Below, piece by piece: positions 49,198 through 57,994 of a stretch of 64,000 bases of DNA (the first letter of the stretch is position 1; every line of letters begins with the position of its first letter). The DNA is taken from assembly GCA_048430645.1 (NCBI GenBank), contig DBFOME010000039.1, positions 432 to 64,431 on the forward strand, read 5' to 3'. The notes under the pieces were generated by a model. The model was given only the letters and a program-made list of their open reading frames with translations. It was not told the DNA's origin and did not search any database. The translations under genes and the position numbers were made by a program. This stretch comes from Collinsella sp. (GTDB taxonomy: Bacteria > Actinomycetota > Coriobacteriia > Coriobacteriales > Coriobacteriaceae).

Positions 49198-50163
49198 ATG
49201 GACACGCTCATGTTCTTCTATACCCAAGCGATACTCGTAATCTGTATTGTGACGGCAGTGCTTTCGCTTGCCGCCTATGCCTCGTCCCGTCGACGCTTCT
49301 TTATCTATGGCAGTGGCGTTTTTATTTGCTACGCCATCGAGATGACCGAGATCTTCTTTTTTGAATACACGTTGCAAAACGAGAGTTTTCCGGCCAGCGA
49401 CTATTACTCAATTACCATGCCTGTATTGCGGACCCTTGTGGCGACTGCTTCACAGGCTTGTATTTGGCTGATTGCCATGGACTTGCTCGATAAGCATTCT
49501 AAGAAGTTGTTCGCCATCCCTGTCCTAACGTTTTTGCTGTGCGAGTCGCTGACTATCGTCGCAGTCCCCTCCGGCCCCATGCGTCAGTGGATCTACTACA
49601 CGATGCGTCAGGTATTCCTTGTCTTTGTGGGACTGTATATCTTCTGGACGGCTCATAAGAGTACAGAGGTTGAGCTGAAGGCACGCGTTAACAACCAGCG
49701 AAAGCACCTGATTATCGGCGCTATTCTGGTCGGTTGCATCGTTGCCGAGGATTTCTACAACATCCTTGTCATCCCCATGAGTCTGGCACCCTCTTGGCTG
49801 CAGCTTTATCTATCCGAGCGCAACTTTAGCGAGAACGTCTTTGCGTGCTACTTTGCGATTCTGCTGATCATCTACGCCTACCACGTGCTTTCAATCCGCA
49901 TGCAGGAGGCGCCCGAGGAAAAGAACGTCAGCAATCTTGATCGGCACATAGAAGAGCAGATGCCCTTCTATCGCAATGCCTATAGGCTCTCCAACCGCGA
50001 GGCCGAGGTTTTGCGTCTGGTTGTGTTGGGCAAGTCGAACCAAGAGATTGCTGACGAGCTATTCCTTGCTGTAGGCACCGTCAAGACCCACATCCACAAC
50101 ATCCTGGTCAAAACCGAGCAGCAAAACCGTACCACGCTCATCCTCCACTTTTGGAAAGGATGA
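49198..50163 (+). CDS. aguR: Membrane-anchored LuxR-family regulator, divergent from ptcA (AguR-like)
   Basis: About 7 TM helices plus NREAEVLRLVVLGKSNQEIADELFLAVGTVKTHIHNILVK. Same architecture and position as the transmembrane AguR of Firmicutes AgDI clusters. Confidence 0.7.
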   Translation: MDTLMFFYTQAILVICIVTAVLSLAAYASSRRRFFIYGSGVFICYAIEMTEIFFFEYTLQNESFPASDYYSITMPVLRTLVATASQACIWLIAMDLLDKHSKKLFAIPVLTFLLCESLTIVAVPSGPMRQWIYYTMRQVFLVFVGLYIFWTAHKSTEVELKARVNNQRKHLIIGAILVGCIVAEDFYNILVIPMSLAPSWLQLYLSERNFSENVFACYFAILLIIYAYHVLSIRMQEAPEEKNVSNLDRHIEEQMPFYRNAYRLSNREAEVLRLVVLGKSNQEIADELFLAVGTVKTHIHNILVKTEQQNRTTLILHFWKG

Positions 50164-50164
50164 A

Positions 50165-50310
50165 GTTACGCGGTTTACCAAACCGCGTAACGGCTCGACG
50201 CTGCAAACGCCCCTAAGCGGCAACCTGACGTTCAATCGTCGGTCGCGTACCGAAGTACGCTTCCCTCCTCTTTCACGTCACCTTGCTCGCTTAGGGGCGT
50301 TTTCGCTGAC
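50165..50310. repeat. Structured intergenic element, family 2, copy 2 (starts right after the aguR-like stop)
   Basis: Hairpin GTTACGCGGTTT-ACC-AAACCGCGTAAC, then CGACGCTGCAAAC. Stem AAACGCCCCTAAGCG / CGCTTAGGGGCGTTT. Ends in TCGCTGAC. Confidence 0.75.
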
Positions 50311-50346
50311 TTATGCTCAACCTACGATAATTCCGAGCTGAACGAG

Positions 50347-52557
50347 TTACTCGCTGTAGCGGGTGGCGATGGCGGCTCGCACCATGCCGGTGCTCATGAG
50401 GTAGGTCACCAGGAAGTAGCCACCATAGGCTGCCAGGAAGATTGCGCAGGTGAGGCCCACGGTGCTGCCGATGCTCATATTTCCGAAAATGCTCACCAGC
50501 TCGATGATCACCTTAAGTGCCACAAAGGAGTGTGCCAGGCCCACTGCCAGCGGGAACAGGAAGAATACCGCTTGCTGCGCCATCACCGAATGGCGAATCT
50601 GGCGGTCGTCGCAGCCGATCTGTGCCAGCACACGATAGCTGCGGCTGCCGTCGGCCACGTTGGAGAGTTGCTGGATCGACAGAATCGCCGCGCATGCAAC
50701 GACCAATACAAAGCCGATGTAGATGGCTAGGTAGCTAATAAGACCGTTCATTTGCGCTGCTTGCGCGTACATCTCGGAGCGTGTGATGAAGGTTCCCCAC
50801 GACCCCGGCTCCTTGCCGTCAACGAGCAGATTGTCGAGCACAGTGTATTTAATACTCTCGTCTGCCTCGGTCGTATCCATCCCCTGTTTGTAGTTAACGA
50901 GCAGGCTACTGGAATACGGCTGCAGATTAAGTTGGGACAACAGCTCGTCGGCAACGACGACGGTACCCGGATTACTGCCCATCGCCGAGTTGGCGATGGC
51001 CGCCGCATCTTCGTCCGACTTATCGGTTGCGGGCTTGAGCGTATGCCCGCCCAAGGTAAGGGCATGGCCGCCAGCCATATACTTGGTGTACAGGTCGACC
51101 AGCTCGCCGCCCATATCACACGTGAGCAGATACTGGTCGCGACCGATGTGCACCGGCTCCTCGCCCATCATCTGACGCAGTTTGTTGTACTGGCTCGCCG
51201 GCGTCACAAACAGACCCATCGTATCGGCATTGCTACCCCCGAACGCCTTGGGAAGCTTTTCGCCCATGATCTTGCACATCTCACTTGGGGTCACCGAAGG
51301 ATTCGAGCCGCCAAATGGGTAACTCCGATACGAATCGATCTGCACATGCTCACCGGCAACATCGGCGATATTGACCTTCTTGCCGGTCTCGTCGTTGTTG
51401 CCCGCCGACTTGCCCTTGCCGTGCCATGCAGGGTACAAATCGACCGTTGTATCGGCCAGCACCATGCGATCGGCCTCAGACGGATTGACATACCCTTTGT
51501 ACCCTTTGTAGTAGTCGAGCGTATCGGGCGTGTAATAGACATACGTCTGAGACACATCAACAGGGTTATAGCGCTCCAGGTTTTCGTTCATCACGTTGGC
51601 AATCGACATACCGCACGTCACCGAGGTGATGGCCAAAAACAGAAGCATCGCGATGACGCCCATCGAAAAGCACACCGTGTTGGCCTTGGCCGCAAGCTGG
51701 CGCACGGTAAACATGTTGAGGCCGCGCCAATACACGCCGCGCAGGCTCTGCAGCAGCTTAATGAGCATGCCCGAGAGTCCCCAGAACAGGGCAAAAGTGC
51801 CCACGGTAACCATAGCGGTCGTAATACCAAACTGGTTCATGGCCTCTTGCAGCTTGCTGTCCGTCGCGGTTAGCGGGAACCCATCACGTAGCAGACGGTA
51901 ATAGGCCACGCCCACAAGCGCCACGCCCACGGCAAAGATGGCAATCGCGATCCAGGGGTTGCGTATCTTGATGCTCTCGTTGCGACGCTCGGCACCCATA
52001 AGCTCGATGAGTTTGGTACGACGCACGGCGCGAAGGTTCAGCAGTAGCGTGAGCACAAACATTACGAGCATGCAAGCAAGGGTCAGGTTAAACGCATGCA
52101 CCGAGAAAAAGAAGTGGAAATTGGCGATCTGCGTCTTAAAGAGCGAGGCCGTAAAGAACGTCATGAGCTGGGAGAGTCCCACACCCAGTACAATGCCGGC
52201 GACAAAGGCCACGACCGACACTATCACGGTCTCGAGCGCCATGATCGTGGCGACGCGCCCGCGCCCCATGCCGAGCACCTGGTACAGGCCAAACTCCTTC
52301 TTGCGGCGTTTCATGATGAAGTTATTGGCATACACCATTAAAAAGGCCATGACACCGGCCAAAAAGTACGTCAGGTTGCCGAGCATGCTGCCCATAACCT
52401 GCGCCAAGCCCTTTTCATCGATGCCGGCGATGTCGACCTGCATCGAGATGGTGTTAAAGGCATAGAAGACCGTGACGCCCAGGGTGAGCGTCAAAAGGTA
52501 GACGAGGTAGTCGCGGCCGGCGCGGCGGACGTTGCCCCAAGCGAGTTTACAGAGCAT
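50347..52557 (-). CDS. FtsX-family ABC permease, BceB-like (10 TM with a large extracellular domain)
   Basis: MLCKLAWGNVRRAGRDYLVYLLTLTLGVTVFYAF N-terminus, 736 aa, with a central ~200-aa soluble loop. Overlaps the ATPase gene by 11 nt. Confidence 0.8.
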   Translation of the reverse strand: MLCKLAWGNVRRAGRDYLVYLLTLTLGVTVFYAFNTISMQVDIAGIDEKGLAQVMGSMLGNLTYFLAGVMAFLMVYANNFIMKRRKKEFGLYQVLGMGRGRVATIMALETVIVSVVAFVAGIVLGVGLSQLMTFFTASLFKTQIANFHFFFSVHAFNLTLACMLVMFVLTLLLNLRAVRRTKLIELMGAERRNESIKIRNPWIAIAIFAVGVALVGVAYYRLLRDGFPLTATDSKLQEAMNQFGITTAMVTVGTFALFWGLSGMLIKLLQSLRGVYWRGLNMFTVRQLAAKANTVCFSMGVIAMLLFLAITSVTCGMSIANVMNENLERYNPVDVSQTYVYYTPDTLDYYKGYKGYVNPSEADRMVLADTTVDLYPAWHGKGKSAGNNDETGKKVNIADVAGEHVQIDSYRSYPFGGSNPSVTPSEMCKIMGEKLPKAFGGSNADTMGLFVTPASQYNKLRQMMGEEPVHIGRDQYLLTCDMGGELVDLYTKYMAGGHALTLGGHTLKPATDKSDEDAAAIANSAMGSNPGTVVVADELLSQLNLQPYSSSLLVNYKQGMDTTEADESIKYTVLDNLLVDGKEPGSWGTFITRSEMYAQAAQMNGLISYLAIYIGFVLVVACAAILSIQQLSNVADGSRSYRVLAQIGCDDRQIRHSVMAQQAVFFLFPLAVGLAHSFVALKVIIELVSIFGNMSIGSTVGLTCAIFLAAYGGYFLVTYLMSTGMVRAAIATRYSE

Positions 52558-53332
52558 CGGAGCCCTCACCGCCCATCATGGCAACGACCTCCATAATGCG
52601 GTCGAAGAACTCTCGGCGGTCGGTGTCGCCGCGGCGCAGCTCGGTGAAGATCTTGCCGTCGCGGATAAACAGCACACGGCTCGTGTAGCTGGCGGCAAAG
52701 CTGTCGTGCGTGACCATGAGCACGGTAGCGCGTAGGCGGCGGTTAAGGGCCTCCAGGCTCTCGAGCAGCAGGCGAGCGCTCTTGGAATCGAGGGCGCCGG
52801 TGGGCTCGTCGGCCATGATCATGGTGGGGTCGGTGACGAGCGCGCGAGCCGCGGCAACGCGCTGCTGCTGACCGCCGGACATCTGGTAGGGATACTTGTC
52901 GAGCACCTGACTGATGGACAGGCGCGCTGCAACATCCTGCACGCGAGTCGAGATCTCTGCCGAGTTAGTGCGGGCGATGGTGAGCGGCAGGGCGATGTTC
53001 TCGCGTGCCGTGAGCGTATCGAGCAGGTTGGAGTCCTGGAAGATAAAGCCGAGCTCCTCGCGGCGGAACTGCGAGAGTTTGGCCTGCTTCATGCGCGTAA
53101 CGTCCTGCCCGTTGATGCGGATGGTGCCGCTCGTGGCGCTATCGATGGTCGAGACGCAGTTGAGCAACGTCGACTTGCCCGAGCCCGAGGCGCCCATGAT
53201 GCCAACAAATTCGCCGCGGTTGACGGTAAAGCTGACGTCGTTGAGCGCGCGGGTCACGTTGCCCAGCGCTCCATATACCTTTTCGAGATGCGCGACCTCC
53301 AGTACCGGGGTCGCCATGTGCGTGGTTTGCAT
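52547..53332 (-). CDS. ABC transporter ATP-binding protein (BceA/MacB-type)
   Basis: Walker A GASGSGKST, signature MSGGQQQR and Walker B IMADEPTGALD. Confidence 0.85.
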   Translation of the reverse strand: MQTTHMATPVLEVAHLEKVYGALGNVTRALNDVSFTVNRGEFVGIMGASGSGKSTLLNCVSTIDSATSGTIRINGQDVTRMKQAKLSQFRREELGFIFQDSNLLDTLTARENIALPLTIARTNSAEISTRVQDVAARLSISQVLDKYPYQMSGGQQQRVAAARALVTDPTMIMADEPTGALDSKSARLLLESLEALNRRLRATVLMVTHDSFAASYTSRVLFIRDGKIFTELRRGDTDRREFFDRIMEVVAMMGGEGSDAL

Positions 53333-53480
53333 ACCGAGTCCTTTCTTGCGATTAGTCTACGGCATCTATAGTCGCAAGAAGCCGAGTCGGCTACCATCGA
53401 TATGGCTTACGCTTGCCTTACCGTTGTGTAAGGTACGGGTAGCTAGCCTGTCACGTGTTGATGCTAAGAGAGGACTCCTG

Positions 53481-54470
53481 TTGAAGACTGTTCATGTTGC
53501 CGCCGGGATCATTCGCAAGGAAGGATCCGATGAGCTGCTTGCCGTGCAGCGCGGCTATGGCGACATGCAGGGACTTTGGGAGTTCCCAGGTGGCAAGCTC
53601 ATGCGCGGCGAGACGCCCGAAGACGCCGTACGCCGCGAGCTCATGGAAGAGCTGCAGGTAAAAGTCACCAACCTGCGCGATTTCTACACCGTTGAGTATG
53701 ACTACCCCGATTTCCATCTCTCCATGGAGTGCTACTACTGCTCGCTCGCCGATGAATCCGATGAGCCCCAGAAGCATGACCGTCAACTCGATATCCGTTG
53801 GATTCCGCGCACCTCGCTTGCCACGGTGGAATGGATGCCCGCCGACAAGGGGCTCATTGATGCCCTGATTGAGCTGAAGGAAGATCGGCTTGAGGCCAAC
53901 GGCACTGCCAACGACGCCGAGGCCACAACGACCGACGAGCCCGCCACCAAACCCAAGCGCAAAGCCAAGCGCCGCAGCAAGAAGCGACCCAAGCCCGGTC
54001 TGCTCGACGGCATCGATACCTCGGACCTCTCCGCTGACGAGCGCGAACTGGTGCGCCGTCGTGCCGCCATCAAAAAGTCCATGAAGGGCAACAAGCGCGC
54101 CAACACCAAGCCCGAGCTGCTCGTTCGCCAGCGCCTGCGCGCCGCAGGCCTTACGGGATACCGTCTGGAATGGAAGGTGCCAGGAAAACCCGACATCGCC
54201 TTTCCCGGGCGCAAGATCGCCATCTTCGTCAACGGCTGCTTTTGGCATCGCTGCCCTAAGTGCAATCCGAGCCAGCCCAAGCGCAATGTTGAGTTTTGGG
54301 AGGCAAAGTTCCGCCGCAACGTCGAGCGCGACCGCGCTGCCGTGGCAGCACTCACTCAAATGGGCTGGACACCCATAACCATCTGGGAATGCGAGCTCAA
54401 AAAAGACTGCATCGGCGCCACCATGGAAAAGGTCATCGAGCAGGTGCGCGCCGCAGAGCCGCAGCGCTAG
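53481..54470 (+). CDS. vsr: Fusion protein: N-terminal NUDIX (MutT/NudG-like) hydrolase plus a C-terminal very-short-patch repair endonuclease (Vsr)
   Basis: NUDIX box GGKLMRGETPEDAVRRELMEELQV, basic linker KPKRKAKRRSKKRPKP and Vsr block NTKPELLVRQRL..KPDIAFPGRKIAIFVNGCFWH..FWEAKFRRNVERDR..IWECEL. TTG 53481 follows AAGAGAGGA. The ORF-track 5-prime extension to 52914 is antisense to the ABC ATPase. Confidence 0.8.
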   Translation: MKTVHVAAGIIRKEGSDELLAVQRGYGDMQGLWEFPGGKLMRGETPEDAVRRELMEELQVKVTNLRDFYTVEYDYPDFHLSMECYYCSLADESDEPQKHDRQLDIRWIPRTSLATVEWMPADKGLIDALIELKEDRLEANGTANDAEATTTDEPATKPKRKAKRRSKKRPKPGLLDGIDTSDLSADERELVRRRAAIKKSMKGNKRANTKPELLVRQRLRAAGLTGYRLEWKVPGKPDIAFPGRKIAIFVNGCFWHRCPKCNPSQPKRNVEFWEAKFRRNVERDRAAVAALTQMGWTPITIWECELKKDCIGATMEKVIEQVRAAEPQR

Positions 54471-54724
54471 GAACGAGCCGCCCACACGCCTCACACAGGC
54501 GAGCCATATCCGCGTCACAAACCTTAGAAAGCCCTTAAGCTCAAAACCTTTCAAGAGTGTTACTCGATACCTCTGACCTGCAGTTTCATCGTAACACCAA
54601 ACCAGGTTAAGCCTTTCTTTAGCGCTTCTTTGCAGCAGCCGCGGCATAATACTGCCAACGCACGGGACCTAGCAGCATACCCCGTGCGCAACCTTTTGGT
54701 GGACATCGAGGAGGCCGTATAAGC

Positions 54725-54934
54725 ATGCATTCTTCCAATGACGCAGCACAGCAGCCATCCCTAAAACATGCAAACCTTTTCTCCTTCCCCCCGACACAGA
54801 GAAACGGCCTCCTCGACTCCCCAACCCCAAAACCCAAACGCTCAACCGACCAGAACCTCAACTTGCGAGCATCCTTCGACAAACTCCAAGCAGCCCTAGA
54901 CAAGGCGTTCCCCGAACAGGCAAGAGCAATCTAA
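54725..54934 (+). CDS. Possible 69-aa hypothetical protein
   Basis: GAGGAGG lies 10 nt upstream of ATG 54725. The sequence is low-complexity and Pro/Gln-rich with no recognisable family. Confidence 0.25.
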   Translation: MHSSNDAAQQPSLKHANLFSFPPTQRNGLLDSPTPKPKRSTDQNLNLRASFDKLQAALDKAFPEQARAI

Positions 54935-54959
54935 GCCCATCGCGCTTTATACTGATGCC

Positions 54960-55898
54960 ATGCGAAACATGGATCACATAGAATTGCACCGCGGAGGACG
55001 CGAGGAAGCGTTTCCCGAGACCGCCGAAGACTGGCCCTATATTGCCGAACGCGCAGAATTCGCTCGCTATCCGGGCAATTCCGTCCCCTGGCACTGGCAT
55101 TCCGAAGTTGAGCTTTTCTACATGGAGCAGGGAGCGATTGACTATCGAACGCGCGCGGCTCATGAGCACGTACGCTTTGAGGAAGGGTCAGCCGGCTTTA
55201 TCAACGGCGGCGTTTTGCACAGCACGCTGCAATCAGCCAATTCGGCACCAGCCATTCAAATGCTGCATATCTTTCAGCCGTCGATGCTCGGCGATCCCGC
55301 GGGACGTCTCCAAAAGCGCTACATCAATCCATTACTTCAATGTCGAGGCGTCGATGTGCTCAAATGGTCGCCCACCAACCCCGACGATATGCCCTTTATC
55401 GATTTGCTGAAGAGCTCCTTTAGCCACGACCTTCAACGGCCGCAGAACGAGATGGCGCTTCGAAATAACTTGTCAGAGCTCTGGATTCAGATTTACGCCA
55501 AGGCCGAACCGCTCTTTTCCTCCGACGGCGCCTCTTGGATGACCAGCCGCGACGTACAGTTCAAGGCAATCCTGGACTTTATCCGCGCAAACTATGCAGC
55601 CGCTATAGATGTGCCCCAGATGGCATCTGCAGCCGGCGTAAGCGAAAGAGAGTGTTACCGCATTATCGAAACTTGTGCAGGAACGACCCCGGCGGCATAT
55701 CTACGCGCATACCGCATAAACCGTGCTTGCGAACTTTTGGCACACACCACGCGAACGGTACAGACAGTCGCGCGCCAATGCGGATTTATAACAGCAAGCC
55801 ATCTTGGCCAGGTATTTAAAGAACAAATGGGGTGCACTCCTTCGAGCTATCGAGCAGCGAGGCAGAATCTCGATAGCACCAGGCAGAAATCCCGCTAG
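54960..55898 (+). CDS. AraC family transcriptional regulator (cupin sensor plus dual HTH)
   Basis: N-terminal cupin-like WHWHSEVELFYM. C-terminal AraC HTH DVPQMASAAGVSERECYRIIE...FITASHLGQVFKEQMGCTPSSYR. Confidence 0.8.
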   Translation: MRNMDHIELHRGGREEAFPETAEDWPYIAERAEFARYPGNSVPWHWHSEVELFYMEQGAIDYRTRAAHEHVRFEEGSAGFINGGVLHSTLQSANSAPAIQMLHIFQPSMLGDPAGRLQKRYINPLLQCRGVDVLKWSPTNPDDMPFIDLLKSSFSHDLQRPQNEMALRNNLSELWIQIYAKAEPLFSSDGASWMTSRDVQFKAILDFIRANYAAAIDVPQMASAAGVSERECYRIIETCAGTTPAAYLRAYRINRACELLAHTTRTVQTVARQCGFITASHLGQVFKEQMGCTPSSYRAARQNLDSTRQKSR

Positions 55899-55954
55899 CC
55901 TTTCTTCTGTCACCGCATCAAACTTGCAGGCAAACAACAGAGAGGAGCAATCAT

Positions 55955-56578
55955 ATGAAGCGCTTTGAACATATCGTATTTGACGTTGATGGGACATTGG
56001 CAGATACAGAAGAAAGCGTTCTATCATCGCTTGTCCAGATTGTCCAAGAAGAGACCGGCAAAACGCTCCCCCGACACGAGCTTGAATTTGCCCTCGGCAT
56101 ACCCGGCAAGGATGCCCTTGAGAAACTTGGAATCTACTCGCAGGCAACGTTGGATCGCTGGTGCCAAGTTGCCGCCAGCTTTAAAAGCACCATCAGCGTG
56201 TTTCCAGGTTTGCTTGAAGTCATCGCAACACTCGCTGATAGCGGCTGCAAACTTGGCATCGTCTCCTCACGTGCGCGCGACGAATACGCAAAAGAAATTG
56301 CACCCCTTGGTTTCGATAAGTATTTTGAGCACATCATCCTTGTCGAAGACACAACCGAACATAAACCCGCACCCGCACCCATGCTCGAATATCTCCGGCG
56401 TACGGGCGCGAATCCTGGCAACGTCGTCTACGTTGGCGACACCGTCTACGACGAACAATGCGCAACTTCGGCAGGGGTCAGTTTTGCCAGAGCGGCATGG
56501 GGATCACACCAAGACATCCCAAACGCCACCTACAACCTCAAAACCCCCAACGACCTGCTAACCCTAACAACCAAGTAA
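55955..56578 (+). CDS. HAD-superfamily phosphatase (phosphoglycolate phosphatase-like)
   Basis: Motif I FDVDGTLAD, motif II SSR (IVSSRARD) and motif IV GDTVYD. Confidence 0.8.
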   Translation: MKRFEHIVFDVDGTLADTEESVLSSLVQIVQEETGKTLPRHELEFALGIPGKDALEKLGIYSQATLDRWCQVAASFKSTISVFPGLLEVIATLADSGCKLGIVSSRARDEYAKEIAPLGFDKYFEHIILVEDTTEHKPAPAPMLEYLRRTGANPGNVVYVGDTVYDEQCATSAGVSFARAAWGSHQDIPNATYNLKTPNDLLTLTTK

Positions 56579-56627
56579 CCCCCGCGCCCCACCCTTTCAG
56601 CCCCAACGCCACAAGGGCGATTGAGCA

Positions 56628-56778
56628 GGACGGTTTGGGCGGGTCCCGTACTTAGTTTCCAAAATCATTCCGCAGCGCGAAGGCCCCCGTTGTCAACGCT
56701 TCGAAGAAGCGAGACAACGGGGGCCTTCATGCGCGAGGACGTTTTGGAAACTAAGTACGGGACCCGCCCAAACCGTCC
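56628..56778. repeat. Nested-palindrome element, family 1, copy D (between the convergent HAD and aldolase genes)
   Basis: 38-bp outer arms GGACGGTTTGGGCGGGTCCCGTACTTAGTTTCCAAAA / complement. Inner hairpin GAAGGCCCCCGTTGTC / GACAACGGGGGCCTTC. Junctions CATTCCGCAG and ATGCGCGAGGAC. Confidence 0.85.
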
Positions 56779-56802
56779 GGTGGGATCAGAGTACCCTTGC
56801 TG

Positions 56803-57660
56803 TTACTCTGCTTTGCCCACAGAGTTGAGGTTGGTCATGCGGATCTTAACCAGCTCGGTGATCTCACGCATACCCTCCTTAGCCGGCTTCTTGGGATCGA
56901 AGCAGGCAGGGTTCTCGGCCATGTAGGCCATGAAGCCCTTGGTGAAGGCCTGACGCAGCTCGGTGGCGTAATTAACCTTGCAGATGCCGTTCTTCACAGC
57001 CTCGGCAACCTGCTCATCGGGCACACCGGAGGTGCCGTGCAGAACCAGCGGCACGTCGACGGCGTCGCGGATGGCCTTCACCACGGACTGCTCGATATGC
57101 GGATCGCTCGTGTACACGCCGTGGCTGGTGCCAACGCCAATAGCCAGCGAGGTGCAGCCGGTACGCTCGACGAACTCCTTGGCCTCGGCCGGATCGGTGT
57201 AGGGGCTCTCGCCCTCAACCGCGGGGCCGTCGTCCTCCTTGCCGCCAACCTTACCGAGCTCAGCCTCGACGGGCACGCCCATGGCGCGGCCAGCATCGGC
57301 GACGGACTTGGTCAGGGCGATGTTGTCCTCGAAGGACTTGTGCGAACCGTCGATCATGACAGAGGTGTAGCCAGTGCGGAAAGCCTGCATGCAGCGGTCA
57401 TAGCCGTCGCCGTGATCGAGGTGCAGGGCAACGGGCACGGAAGCGCGCTCGGCAGCAGCCTTGACCATGCCGTAGAAGTAGTCCAGACCAGCGGTCTTGA
57501 TGGTGCCCGGGGTGGTCTGCATGATGACGGGGGACTTGGTCTCCTCGGCAGCGGCCAGAACGGCCATAACAAACTCGAGGTTCTCGACGTTGAACGCGCC
57601 AACGGCGTAGTGGCCGGCCTGAGCGTCCTTGAGCATCTTTTCGGTGGTAACGAGTGCCAT
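56803..57660 (-). CDS. fba: Class II fructose/tagatose-bisphosphate aldolase
   Basis: GAFNVENLE, LHLDHG and VLHGTSG motifs, 285 aa. GGAGAGGAG SD before ATG 57660. Confidence 0.85.
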   Translation of the reverse strand: MALVTTEKMLKDAQAGHYAVGAFNVENLEFVMAVLAAAEETKSPVIMQTTPGTIKTAGLDYFYGMVKAAAERASVPVALHLDHGDGYDRCMQAFRTGYTSVMIDGSHKSFEDNIALTKSVADAGRAMGVPVEAELGKVGGKEDDGPAVEGESPYTDPAEAKEFVERTGCTSLAIGVGTSHGVYTSDPHIEQSVVKAIRDAVDVPLVLHGTSGVPDEQVAEAVKNGICKVNYATELRQAFTKGFMAYMAENPACFDPKKPAKEGMREITELVKIRMTNLNSVGKAE

Positions 57661-57994
57661 GAGCGTTTGCTCCTCTCCCTCGCCCGCATCTGGACATCGG
57701 GCGTAGTTGTTCACAAGGCGTTTTACCTTGCGTTTTGCTGCGCTCATTGTATGAAATTCAGCGGCTTTACACGCGCGAGATATTGAGCCCATGCAGGTCA
57801 ATACAGTCGTTTTTGAAAAGTAAACGGAAGGAATTTGAGCCGAGTGGACATGTTCGATATTGAATTTTGGGCGTTCAGCGTCTTTCTTTTATAGAAAAGA
57901 TAAGTAATCGAAAGGTGTTTTCTTACTCAAAAAGAAAATGAACGAAAATAGAGTCAACACAATTCCTGCAAATTTAGCCGAGAATGGAGCAAGC

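Noticed and set aside
52914-53480. 5-prime extension of the NUDIX-Vsr ORF in the ORF track (518 aa).
   Set aside because: This part is antisense to the ABC ATPase gene and has no domain content. A TTG start with an SD at 53481 immediately precedes the NUDIX domain.
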